From contig CAVVUS010000019.1 in assembly GCA_963751345.1 (NCBI GenBank), forward strand, positions 64,001 through 128,000: 64,000 nt of DNA. The letters are read 5' to 3'. This stretch comes from an uncultured Chloroflexia bacterium. GTDB taxonomy: Bacteria > Chloroflexota > Anaerolineae > B4-G1 > SLSP01. Shown in pieces: positions 1-10,268 of this stretch. Position numbers and translations under genes: made by a program. The notes beneath the pieces are model-generated. The model saw nothing but the letters and a program-made list of their open reading frames with translations, searched no databases and was not told the origin of the DNA. How positions within the stretch are numbered: position 1 is the stretch's first letter; each line of letters starts with the position of its first letter.

Positions 1-837
1 GGACGCTGATCCTGCTGCTGCGGCAGCATGCTCTCCGACAGCGTGAATCTGGGCGCCGTGGAGCGAGACTTCGTCGAAGAGCCCTGTCGACTGCAGCACG
101 CCCACGGCACGGTTCGGCGCGTCACAGCCGATCTCCAGGATGTCACCCGGCATCGATTCCTGCTTGATCTGCGCGGGTGAGCCGCTGGCGATGATCCGGC
201 CACGCTGGATGAAGGCGAGGCGGTGGCAGTGCTCTGCTTCATCCATATAGTGCGTGGTCACGAAGACGGTCACGCCACCGGCCACCAGCTCGTAGAGCAG
301 GTCCCAGAAGGCGCGACGCGAGACGGGATCGACGCCCGCCGTCGGCTCGTCGAGGAAGACCAACTCCGGATGGTGGAGGATGGCCGCATTGAGCGCCAGT
401 CGCTGTCGCCACCCCCCGGAGAGGTCGCGGGTGGGGGTGTGCTCGCGCCCGGCCAGGTCGGTGCGCGCCAGGGCCTCGCGGATGCGCCGGTTGAGCTCTC
501 CGGGCGCGATGCCGTACGAGCGGCCGTAGAATCGCAGGTTTTGCAGCACCGTCAGATCGTTGTAGAGGCTGAAGGCCTGCGCCATATAGCCCACGCGCGG
601 GCGAATCCGGCGGGGGGCGGCGGCGACCGACAGCCCCAGGACCTCGACGCTGCCCGACGTCGGCCGCACCAGCCCGAGCATCATGCGGATGGTCGTGGTC
701 TTGCCGGCGCCGTTTGGACCGAGGAAGCCGAAGATCTCGCCGCGGCGCACCTCGAACGAGACGTCATCGACGGCGGTGAAGTCGCCGAATCGCTTGGTCA
801 GCCCCTGTACGACAATGGCGGACGGTTGCCGGCTCAT
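1..837 (-). CDS. ABC-2 type exporter ATP-binding subunit (runs off the window edge; frameshifted)
   Basis: Minus-strand reading from ATG 837 gives MSRQPSAIVVQGLTKRFGDFTAVDDVSFEVRRGEIFGFLGPNGAGKTTTIRM (Walker A), later LDEPTAGVDP and TTHYMDEAEHC. Not called as one ORF because of indels. Confidence 0.85.
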   Translation of the reverse strand, partial: MSRQPSAIVVQGLTKRFGDFTAVDDVSFEVRRGEIFGFLGPNGAGKTTTIRMMLGLVRPTSGSVEVLGLSVAAAPRRIRPRVGYMAQAFSLYNDLTVLQNLRFYGRSYGIAPGELNRRIREALARTDLAGREHTPTRDLSGGWRQRLALNAAILHHPELVFLDEPTAGVDPVSRRAFWDLLYELVAGGVTVFVTTHYMDEAEHCHRLAFIQRGRIIASGSPAQIKQESMPGDILEIGCDAPNRAVGVLQSTGLFDEVSLHGAQIHAVGEHAAAAAGSAS

Positions 838-847
838 CGCCTGCCCC

Positions 848-1991
848 TCAGTTCAGCGCCCTGCGCACGTAGCGCAGCGAGAAGGTGCCGATGACCAGGC
901 CCAGCGCGGCGAGCGCCAGCACCTGGGGCCAGAGCACGTCGAGGCCGGATCCCTTCAGGAGCAGGCCGCGCAGGATGGTCAGCCAATGGTTGGCCGGGAT
1001 GATCTGTGCTACCCACTGGAGCACCTTGGGCATCGACGAGACAGGCGCGGCGTAGCCGGTGAACATGAAGTCGATCATGCCGACCATCAACACGAGCAGG
1101 AAAGCCTGGTGTTGGCTTCGTGAGATCACGGAGATGACGAGCCCCTTGCTGAGCTCGACGAGCAGATAGCCCCACGCAAGCACGACAGAGCAAGGGCAGG
1201 GAGCCACGCACCGGCACGCCGAAGGCGAAGTGGATCACGCCCAGCATCAGCATGAAGTCGGCGAAGCCCACGACTGCCGCGGGGATGGCCTTGCCGACGA
1301 TGATCTCCAGGGACGAGAAGGGCATCACCAGGAGCTGTTCGAGCGTACCCAGTTCGCGCTCCCTGGCGAACGAGAGGGCCGCGAAGAGCAACACGGTGAA
1401 CTCGAGCATCAGCCCGAGCTCCGCCGGGGTGGTGTAGAGCGCATCGCTGAGCGCCTCGTTGTACCACACCCTGAGGCTGGGGGTGAAGCCCTGCACCACG
1501 TCCTTCGAGAGCCCCAGGCGTTCGATCGTGATGTTCTGGCCGAGTTGCCCAATGGCGCCCTCGGCCGCGCGCTGGGCCGCGCCGGCGCTGGTGCTGTCCG
1601 CACCGTCGAGCCAGAGCGCCACGGCGGGGCGATCCGCGATAGCTTGATCCTGACAGCACCTCGCCAGCGCATCGCCAAAGCCGGGAGGGATGACCAGGGC
1701 CGTGCTCACTTCGCCGCGGTCCATGGCCTGCTCGATGGCTGCCAGGCTGGACGCAGGTGTGGGCGGCCCGAAGGTGTCGGTGTTCTCCAAGGCGGTGATC
1801 ACCGAGCGGCTGGCGGCGGTGCGATCCTGGTCGAGCACCATCAGGGTCAGGTTGGAGATCGGACGGGAGGTTGCCCAGCCGACGAGCAGCAGCTCGGACG
1901 TTCCGCCGATAAGCATGAAGGCGGGCATCCACCAATCGTGCAAGAGGTGCAGGAACTCCTTGAGTGCCAGGGACCAGATACGACGTAACAT
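848..1991 (-). CDS. ABC-2 exporter permease (YbhR/YbhS-like), one frameshift near 1190
   Basis: ORFs 834..1991 and 848..1207 together give ARERELGTLEQLLVMP, several TM helices and the C-terminal PANHWLTILRGLLLKG. Confidence 0.85.
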
Positions 1992-1998
1992 GGCTTGC

Positions 1999-3129
1999 CT
2001 ACCCTAGCCTTTTCTGGAAGAACCGCGCGGACACCGCAGTGAAGACGAGGCCCAGACCCACGAGCGCGACTAGATGGGGCCACAAGGTGCCCATCCCGGC
2101 GTCCCGCAGAAAGATCGCGCGGGTGATGATGGCGTAGTGGGTGCCGGGGAGCGCCATCGCCTCCAGTTGCAGCTCCTGAGGCATCGACGAGATGGGGAAG
2201 AAGATGCCCGTGAGGAAGAAGCCCGGGAAGAAGATCACCAGGAACGAGAGCGCCAGGGCCGCGGGTTGCGTTTTCATGAAGACCCCCACCAGCGTGCCCA
2301 TACCCAGCATCGCAAAGAGAAAGACCAGGGAGAAGATGAAGAAGAGTGGGAAGCTGCCATGGAATGGAACCCCGAAGCTGACCATCGCGACCAGGGGGAT
2401 CAGGAGCACGTTGAGCAGCCCCACCGCGATGTAGGGGATCATCTTGCCGACGAGGAGCTCCGCCCGCGTGATGGGCGTCACCATGATCTGCTCCAACGTC
2501 CCGTGCTCTCGTTCATGCGCGATGGCGAGCGCAACGGAGAGCGCCGGGAAGCCGAGGACCAATGAGATCAAGCCCGGTACCAGGTCGACCTGCGACCTGA
2601 GGCCGGGATTGTACCGCGCGCGGACGTCGATCCGGATCGGCTGGAGCGTCTCCACCTGGAGGGGGCCGCCCAGCCGGGCGAGGTACTGCGTGGCGAAGGC
2701 CTCGGCGCGTCCGCTGATGTGCTGGACCGCAAAGGTGCCGCCTTGAGGCTCTGTGCCATCGATGACCACCTGGAGCGGCAGCCCCCGGCCCGCCGAGAGT
2801 TCCTGCTCGAAGGTCGGGGCGATGATCAGTCCCGCCTTGATCTTGCCGCGCATCAGGAGGTCGTCGATGTCGGAGAGTGTCGCGACCTGAGCTGCAAGGT
2901 CCAGATCCACGCCGACCGTGACCTGCTGGATGAAGCTCCGCGAGGCCGCGCTGCGGTCGAGGTCGAGCACCGCGATCGGCACGTGCTTGATGTCGACCGT
3001 GAGCGCGTAGGCCATCACGAAAAGGGTCGCGAGGGGCGTGAGCAGCACCAAGATGAAGGTCGCCCGATCTCGGAAGATGTGCTGGATCTCCTTGCGAATG
3101 ACGGCCCTCAGATGGGCGAAGGCGCTCAT
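1999..3129 (-). CDS. ABC-2 exporter permease (YbhS-like)
   Basis: KEIQHIFRD N-terminus, AHEREHGTLEQIMVTP, LTGIFFPISSMP. Start trimmed to MSAFAHL. Confidence 0.88.
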   Translation of the reverse strand: MSAFAHLRAVIRKEIQHIFRDRATFILVLLTPLATLFVMAYALTVDIKHVPIAVLDLDRSAASRSFIQQVTVGVDLDLAAQVATLSDIDDLLMRGKIKAGLIIAPTFEQELSAGRGLPLQVVIDGTEPQGGTFAVQHISGRAEAFATQYLARLGGPLQVETLQPIRIDVRARYNPGLRSQVDLVPGLISLVLGFPALSVALAIAHEREHGTLEQIMVTPITRAELLVGKMIPYIAVGLLNVLLIPLVAMVSFGVPFHGSFPLFFIFSLVFLFAMLGMGTLVGVFMKTQPAALALSFLVIFFPGFFLTGIFFPISSMPQELQLEAMALPGTHYAIITRAIFLRDAGMGTLWPHLVALVGLGLVFTAVSARFFQKRLG

Positions 3130-3145
3130 ATGACGGAGCGACACG

Positions 3146-4093
3146 TCAGGCCTCCTCTTCCGTCTCGAGACCGCGGACGAGCGAGATAAACGCCTCCTCC
3201 ATCCTGGGTCGGGCCAGGCGCAAGGCCTGGGTCTCCAGCCCGGCCTCGGCGAGTCGCGCACGGATCTCGGGCAGCCGCCGCGCCGCGTCATCGACGATAA
3301 GGTGGAGCGACGCGCCGTAGGTCTGCATCTCGCGCACGCCCGGCGCGTTGCCCAGCAGCGTACGGGCAGCCTGCCAGTCCTCGGCTTGCACCTCGATCAG
3401 GTCGCCACCGATATCCTGGCGGATGACCTCGGGACGGTCGCAGCGGATCAGGCGGCCCTCGTACATCAGCGCCACGCGGGAGCAGCGATCGGCCTCGTCC
3501 ATATAGGGCGTGCTGACGATCACCGTCGTCCCACCGGTGTAGAGTTCGGTCAGGATCTCCCAGAACTCGCGACGCGAGACGGGGTCGACGCCGGTGGTCG
3601 GCTCGTCGAGCAGGAGCAGGGGGGGCTCGTGGATGAGCGTGCAGGCCAGGGCCAGCTTCTTCTTCATGCCGCCCGAGAGGTAGATGGCGCGCCGCTCCTT
3701 GAACGGTGCCAGGCCGGCGAAGTCCAGTAGACGTTCCGTTCGGGCAACTCGCTCGGCAGCGGGGACATCGTAGAGTTCCGCGAAGAAGGTCAGGTTCTCG
3801 ACGACGCTCAGCTCGCCGTAGAGGCTGAAACGCTGGGCCATGTAGCCGATGAGCGGCTTGACCGCCTCGGCGTCGCGCGCCAGGTCGTGGCCTGCGACGG
3901 TCGCCGACCCGGCGGAGATGGTCAGCAGGCCGGCCAGGAGGCGCAGCGTCGTCGTCTTCCCGGCGCCATCGGGACCCACCAGGCCGAAGAGCTCGCCACG
4001 CCTGATCTCCAGATCGAGCCCGGCGACGGCGCGCGTGTGTTTGAAGTCACGCGTCAGCCCCTGCGTGGCAACCACGATGTCCTCGTCTCTCAT
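3146..4093 (-). CDS. ABC exporter ATP-binding subunit (YbhF-like)
   Basis: GPDGAGKTT, LSGGMKKK signature, LLLDEPTTGVDP. Confidence 0.92.
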   Translation of the reverse strand: MRDEDIVVATQGLTRDFKHTRAVAGLDLEIRRGELFGLVGPDGAGKTTTLRLLAGLLTISAGSATVAGHDLARDAEAVKPLIGYMAQRFSLYGELSVVENLTFFAELYDVPAAERVARTERLLDFAGLAPFKERRAIYLSGGMKKKLALACTLIHEPPLLLLDEPTTGVDPVSRREFWEILTELYTGGTTVIVSTPYMDEADRCSRVALMYEGRLIRCDRPEVIRQDIGGDLIEVQAEDWQAARTLLGNAPGVREMQTYGASLHLIVDDAARRLPEIRARLAEAGLETQALRLARPRMEEAFISLVRGLETEEEA

Positions 4094-4173
4094 CTACCTA
4101 TGCCCCCTCCGCGGTGCCGGGCACTGCGCCTCGGACGGCGGGAAGTGCCAGGCACCCGGTCCGGCGAGTCCAC

Positions 4174-4782
4174 TCATGCGTCCACCTCCACGAGCAGACC
4201 GCGCAGTAGCGTATCGACGAAGGCCGCGGTGATGCGGGGCAGATCCAGGTCCGGTTTGAACATCGCGTAGGCTGCCAGGCCATCGTAGGCCGCCATCAAC
4301 GCATAGACGATGCTGTCGGCGTCGACGTCACGGAACTCGCCCTGGGCGACACCGCGCTCGATGACGCCCACGAGCACTTGCTTGTACTCATCCAGCACCT
4401 GAACCCACAGCCCGGCAGCGTCCTCGCGGTTAGGGGTCGAGGCCCAGTATTCCAGAAAGAGGCCGAAGAGCCCCTCAGCCCAGTCGGCAAGGCGCGTCAT
4501 CGCCGCGGCCAGCGCCCGGATGGTCTCGGCTGCGGTGGGGTGGGCCAGGACCTCGCCGAGCACCTCTTCGCCGAACGCTGTGTCGAAGGCCGAGAACATC
4601 GCGGCCTGGAGCAGATCCTCCTTGCTGTCGAAGTACCAGTAGAGCGTGCCTTTGCTGGTCTCGCTGGCCGCGGCGATCTCATCCATCGTCGTCTTGTTGT
4701 AGCCGTTGCGCTGGAAGCACTCCAGGGCAGCGGCCAGGATGCGGCGGCGGGCCTCCGTGTCGGTGGTGGACTTAGGTGCCAT
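4174..4782 (-). CDS. TetR/AcrR family transcriptional regulator
   Basis: N-terminal HTH ILAAALECFQRNGYNKTTMDEIAAASETSKGTLYWYFDSKEDL. Confidence 0.93.
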   Translation of the reverse strand: MAPKSTTDTEARRRILAAALECFQRNGYNKTTMDEIAAASETSKGTLYWYFDSKEDLLQAAMFSAFDTAFGEEVLGEVLAHPTAAETIRALAAAMTRLADWAEGLFGLFLEYWASTPNREDAAGLWVQVLDEYKQVLVGVIERGVAQGEFRDVDADSIVYALMAAYDGLAAYAMFKPDLDLPRITAAFVDTLLRGLLVEVDA

Positions 4783-4812
4783 CCCCTCTCCGTTCTTGCG
4801 ACCGGTGTCTTG

Positions 4813-4832
4813 TAGACTGACCGGTCAGTCTA
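4813..4832. promoter_or_regulatory. Perfect 20-bp palindrome TAGACTGACC|GGTCAGTCTA, probable TetR operator
   Basis: Exact inverted repeat ~30 bp upstream of the TetR start codon. Autoregulatory operators in this position are typical of TetR genes. Confidence 0.8.
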
Positions 4833-4920
4833 TGAACAGTTTACGACTGATTGCACTTCGTGTCAATAGGGAACCTACGCAAAGGTGTGCGTCAGATTTC
4901 CGGAACCCGTGCTGCTTCTT

Positions 4921-5048
4921 GTAGAGACGGGGCGGTGCCCCGTCTCCGGACGCCGCTTCACCCCGATACCGGGAAGCTCGCAACGGAGATCAGGCCGGGG
5001 TTCAACGATGTCTGCGCGCCAGAAGACGCGCCACCGGCGCGTCTCTAC
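4921..5048. repeat. GTAG-type REP doublet (REPIN-like)
   Basis: GTAGAGACGGGGCGGTGCCCCGTCTC at 4921 and the inverted partner AAGACGCGCCACCGGCGCGTCTCTAC ending at 5048. Same family as the REPs flanking the RAYT at 56.4-57.5 kb. Confidence 0.75.
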
Positions 5049-5254
5049 GAAAGTTGTGGGGGCGATGCCGAAAACTGACGTGCGCCACCTTCGCAAGGTT
5101 GGCGTACTCGTTGGATGGGGAGTAGACTCCGGGAATCGGCGCCGGCTACCTTCCGGGTTGCTGCGCGGTGAGTTCGTCTGGTAGGCACCCGCGCCAAGCA
5201 ACCCGGAAGGTTTCCGGGCGCTTATGTATATCGCTCTCACCCAGGAGGCTACCT

Positions 5255-6472
5255 GTGACCAAGATCACCGCCGTGAAATGCATCCGCACCCGAGCGACCG
5301 GGATGTGGGCGATTGTGAAGGTGCTGACCGACCAGCCGGGGCTCTACGGCATCGGTTCGGTGAGCGACGTGCGCCACCCTGAGACCGTGATCAAGGCCGT
5401 CGAGACGATCGCGCCCATGTTGATCGGGCGCGACGCGGGCCGGATCGAGGATATCTGGCAGTCGGTCTACACCAGCGCCTACTGGCGCAACGGATCGATC
5501 CTCAACACCGCGCTCGGGGGTATCGACATGGCGCTGTGGGACATCAAGGGCAAGGAGGCCGGGATGCCGGTCTACGCGCTCCTCGGCGGACCGTGTCGGG
5601 CTGCGGTGCCGGCGTATGCCCACGCCGGCGGTCGCGACGTCGACGAGCTCGAACAAGATGTCCGGCGCTATATGGCCGAGGGGTACGAGGTGATTCGCTG
5701 CCAGCTTGGCGCCTATGGTGGCGGCGGCTTCCGCGATCCGGCGACGGTCAGTATGCCGAAGAACGCCTGGCCGATGCGCCACGCCTTCGACGATGAGGCC
5801 TACCTGGAAGCGATCCCCGCGATGTTCGAGGCGTTGCGCGACCGGCTGGGCTTCGGCGTCAAGTTCACCCACGATGTCCACAGCCACCTCCGTCCGCAGA
5901 TGGCCGTGCAACTCGCCAAGCGGCTGGAGCCCTACCGGCTCTTCTTCGTGGAGGACATCCTGCCGCCGGAGCAGGTCGCCTGGTACCGGCTGATCCGCGA
6001 GCAGTGCGCCACGCCGCAGGCGGTCGGCGAGCTCTTTGTCAACCCACAGGAGTACGTCCCGCTGATCAGCGAGCGGTTGATCGATTTCATCCGCGTGCGG
6101 GTGTCCAAGGGCGGCGGCATCACGCCGTGCCGCAAGATCGCGGCGCTGGGCGAGTGGTTCGGGGTCCACACGGCCTGGCAGGAGGGCGGCGACAACGACC
6201 CGGTGAACCAGATGGCTGCGTGTCACCTCGATATGGCGAGCTGGACCTTCGGGATCCAGGAGGAAAACGACTTCCGGCCTGAGGAGAAGGCCGTCTTCCC
6301 CGGCCACGCGGTGCTGGAGGGGGGCTATCTCTATCCGAATGAGCAGCCGGGACTGGGCATTGACATCGACGAGGAGGGCGCTGCGGCGCTGCTCGATCCC
6401 GAGCGGATGAAGCGGAGCTTCCTCCACGGTGAGCCCGACCGCAAGGCGGATGGCACGGCGGTCCGGCCGTAG
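5255..6472 (+). CDS. Enolase-superfamily acid-sugar dehydratase (RspA/ManD-like)
   Basis: AYWRNGSILNTALGGIDMALWDIKGK, HDVH, FFVED, GELF motifs. GTG start after an AGGAGG RBS. Confidence 0.85.
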   Translation: MTKITAVKCIRTRATGMWAIVKVLTDQPGLYGIGSVSDVRHPETVIKAVETIAPMLIGRDAGRIEDIWQSVYTSAYWRNGSILNTALGGIDMALWDIKGKEAGMPVYALLGGPCRAAVPAYAHAGGRDVDELEQDVRRYMAEGYEVIRCQLGAYGGGGFRDPATVSMPKNAWPMRHAFDDEAYLEAIPAMFEALRDRLGFGVKFTHDVHSHLRPQMAVQLAKRLEPYRLFFVEDILPPEQVAWYRLIREQCATPQAVGELFVNPQEYVPLISERLIDFIRVRVSKGGGITPCRKIAALGEWFGVHTAWQEGGDNDPVNQMAACHLDMASWTFGIQEENDFRPEEKAVFPGHAVLEGGYLYPNEQPGLGIDIDEEGAAALLDPERMKRSFLHGEPDRKADGTAVRP

Positions 6473-6701
6473 GGGAGGCAGAACGACAGAGGGGGAGGCG
6501 AAACGACTGAAGTCGTTACTGCGAACCTGGGCGGTTCGGGATCGTGGCACCGCCTCAGCGTTTCCAACGATGGGCGCGCGAGCTGCAACTCTGGCCTGCT
6601 TTGGTATGAGCACCGGGCTGCGGCGGGACCGCCATGCCCGTTGACGGGGCACTGTCCCATCCCTAGTGCAAGATCAGGCGAAGTCTTCGGGACGGTCGGC
6701 G

Positions 6702-6780
6702 AAGACCTTTGGGGTTTCCTCGTCGAGTAGGCACCTGCTTGTGAAGGCCCGAGGCTACTCGGGCATGACCCCAAAGGTCT
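6702..6780. repeat. AGACCTTTG(G/A)GGT-family inverted-repeat doublet
   Basis: AGACCTTTGGGGT ... ACCCCAAAGGTCT between convergent genes. Relatives at 37.4-38.0 kb, 52098-52155 and 63166-63225. Confidence 0.7.
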
Positions 6781-6827
6781 CAGCGCGGGCGAGGAGGTCC
6801 TTTCCCGAGGATCTCTTCTGTCTTCGA

Positions 6828-9800
6828 CTAGGGGAGGTAGGGCAGGACCTTAACGGGGATGGTGATCCGGCGCCGGACGGCCATGCCGTTGTCGGCCACC
6901 GCGGCCAGTGTGGCGGTGAAGAGCGCCTCCATCGGCGCCGGCAAGTCACGCGCGTAGAGCGTCCAGCCCGGGCCGGGCTGTGTGTTGGCATGGAACGGCA
7001 CCTTGGGGCTATCGTGCCAGTCCACGACCAGGTCGAGGTCTGGGGGCCACATCACCCAGAAGGGAGCGACCTCCTGGTGGAGGTGAGACACCGCGCCGAG
7101 GTCGACCGTGACATTGGTGTCGTAGGCCTCGGGTGGCTCCCAAAGTCGTGGTGGGCGCCCCGCCACTACCCATGGACCTGGGCATGTCAGCGTGACGTTC
7201 ACGTCCTGCAGGTCGAGCCCGGTACCGTTCGCCACGAGCAGCCGCATCGTCAGGGGCATGGCATGGGGATCCCAGAGTGCATCGAGTTCCCAATGGCCCC
7301 ATAGCTGTTCGGGGCCAAACCGCTTGAAGACGATGCCGTCCTGGCCCATCGCCGCCACGGCCTTGGCCACCATGGCCGTCTCGGTGAGACTCTCGGGCTC
7401 GCCGCCATCCAGCGCGGCGTGCAGCATCTGCAGCGTGGCCCCAGGGGCGGCCAGTCCGGCGCGCCAGGCCATCGTGCCGGCGGCACCGGTGTCCGGCGGC
7501 CGCAGGCCCACCTTGACCATCCACGGCTCAGTGTTGTGGTTGGTCACCTGGACCAGGGTGTAGCGCTCGTCGGGCTCGTCGGTCTGCCAGGGGGAGACGG
7601 CTCCCGTGTCAACCACGCCCGCACGCACCTCGTCATCGCCGTCATCATTCGGCCCCTCGTGCCAGAGGATGTCAAAACGGTACGGGCCGGCGCGGAATCC
7701 GCGCCACGTCACACCCGTCAGCAGGCCGCGAGGTGCCACGGTCAGCGTGTGGCTGGCTGCGTCGACCTCCAGCCCAAGCCACTGCCTGAGATAGTGCCAG
7801 GCAAAGGCGCCCTGGCCCTGGCTGCAGCGGGTCAGAGAGCGCTTGTACTCCAGGCCGTGCGGCCACCAGAAGACGCTGCCGGTCACCTCGTCGACGGCGC
7901 AGTCCCAGAGCGTGCGGAAGGCTTCGACCATCTCCTGGCGCGTGATGCTCCCGGCGAGGCGCGAGAAGAAGGCCGTGCCATCCAGCGCACCGGCGGAAAA
8001 GCCCCGCGGGGTCCAGCGGAGCGCCCCAAACTCCGGATCGAAGTTCGCACACCACGGCGACCGCGCGAAGCGATGGTAGTTGACCCACGCGGCGTCGCTG
8101 AATTCGATCATCCCGTAGGTGGGGGCCAGCATGCTGGAGGTGTCCTCTCCGTCGTAGTACGGTGCTCCCTTGCCGGTCGCGCTTTCGGCGAGGTAGAACG
8201 TGCCCGGATCCTCCCCGAGATTGGTGCCCCCGACGATCTGCCGGCCGAAGGGCCCGTTGCCCGTCATCCTGAGGGCGATCGCATCGCGGAGGGCGGTCGC
8301 CGTCTCACGGAGCGATTCCGCGCCGTGTGTGTCACCGACCCGCTCCAGCAGGTAAGCCATCGAGTCGAGCGCGTACCAGACCTTGACGTTGGTTCCATAA
8401 TCATACCGTCGCCCGACCGGGCCATCGCTGGCATAGCGCGTCGGGAAGAGCGTCTCGTCCGGCGCCTTGAGCGCCATCACATCGGCGACGATGCGGCGCA
8501 GACCGCTCATGACGGCGGTCTCGTGGACGAGGTGCGCGACATTCCCCGTCACCTGCAGCCACTGCCGGGCAATGATGACGGGGGCGACGAGGATCGGGAC
8601 CGAGTGGTCCTGGGGCCCTCTTGGCGCGTGACTTCGCTCCAGGAAGAAGCGCAGGGCAGCCCAGGCAAGCTCCGGGCAGATGATGGACGATGCTGACGGC
8701 GGTGGGTTCCACATCGATGCCCCAGATGGTGCCGTAGCCGTGGGAGGGGGCGCCCTGCCAGTGGGCCAGCAGGTTGCCCCCGGCATCGGTCTGCAGGCAG
8801 TTGAAGTTGTCCAGCAGGCTACGCACGTAGACGTCACGGCTGCACAGCGCCTCGTCGGTCGCGCCCTCCGCGCTTACCGCGAGCGATCCCAGCCGCTCGC
8901 GCCAGAAGCCGACTGTCGCGTTGAGCCAATGCCAAGGCCGGCTGCATATGCAGGTCGAAGATCGTGGGAAGCACGCTGTCATAGCCTGCGCCCAGGGCGA
9001 CGTAGGCCTCAAAGGCCTGCTCGGCTCCTGCTGCGAGGGAGAAGGCGACCTCGGCCTCGAAAGGGCTCACAAGCTGCGTCCACTTGCCGTCGTGGAGGTG
9101 GATGCCCGACGGCGCCCCATGCCTGCGACAGGATCAGCGTGTTCTGGCGCAGGCTCACGGCGGGGCGGGTGAAGTCGCGGCGGTCGGGCAGTGCATCCTC
9201 GTAGTGGCCGAGGAGCAGATCGCCGCAGCGGAGCACGACCTTACCCCGGACCGGCGTGGCTCCGGTATTGCGGACGTGCAGGACGTAGAGCACGCCCGCG
9301 GGTCCGGGCAGGGGAGCGGGCGCGAGGGGGGCTGCGTACGGGTCGGTCGCCACGGGAGCATAGCTAACGATAGCTATGTCGAGGCCGTCGGCCGATGCCG
9401 TGGAGATCGGGAGGAAGTCCTCTGCGTAGCCGGTATCGCCGCAGACGCCGGACATTGGGTCATAGGAGGAGGCCGTCACGATGGGATCGTCTCGGCCCTC
9501 GATCTTGAGCCGGAACGTCAGGTTGCCGACGTACATCACGGTGTCGAAGTGATGGTACATCCCGGGGCCCAGCCCGAACTCGCCGGCCCCGGTTGGCGCG
9601 GCGTAGACCTGTGTCGGCATCGCGACAAACCGGAGCATACCGTTGGCTGCATGGCCCAGCAGCACGCGGGCATTCGACTGGGTGAAGAGCGCCTCGGTGT
9701 TGGGTGCCGGGACCTCCGATGGGCCGCGACCGTGCCGGGAGCGATCGAAAGCGACATCGGCCTTCTCGCCGCCGAAGAACGGTGAGTGGCGAGCCCGGGA

Positions 9801-9842
9801 CAGATCGGACCAGGACTTGAAGGCAGGTTCGGTTGGCGGCAT
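6828..9842 (-). CDS. Large glycoside hydrolase, (alpha/alpha)6 GH125/GH15-like, multiply frameshifted
   Basis: Stitched ORFs 9009..9926, 8834..9070, 8401..9012 and 6828..8837. The segment YYDGEDTSSMLAPTYG...DAAWVNYHRFARSP resembles the GH125 DDANxPSLLxLPYxG region. Confidence 0.5.
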
Positions 9843-10268
9843 CCGCGGCCCTCTCGATGTATGTGACGCTGTAACCCTGCCACAATGGTCGGAGCCCGGT
9901 GCATTGCCGACGCGCCCGGACCTCACGCCCGTGCAAGGTTTTACACTCTTCCGTATTCTACACTAAAGTTAGAAATACGGAAATCGACGTGACCGTGAAG
10001 AGGGCCACGATCCGGCGTGGGTCCGTGCCGGCACGACCCATAGGGGCCAGATGTTGTGGTACCTGCCTTCTACATCGCAAGATCTATACGTCGCCTTCCG
10101 TCCGGCGCCAGCAAGAAATATGTGTTCCATCTCCTTCGGCATCAAAGGATAGTGCGAGAGGGCCCCAACGTTCGCAACGCGATCCACCGCCAAACCCAAC
10201 CAGGCCCAATCCGGCCCTGGTCCGGTCCATGGTATCCTAGATGGGACGTATACGAGAGGGAGGCTACC

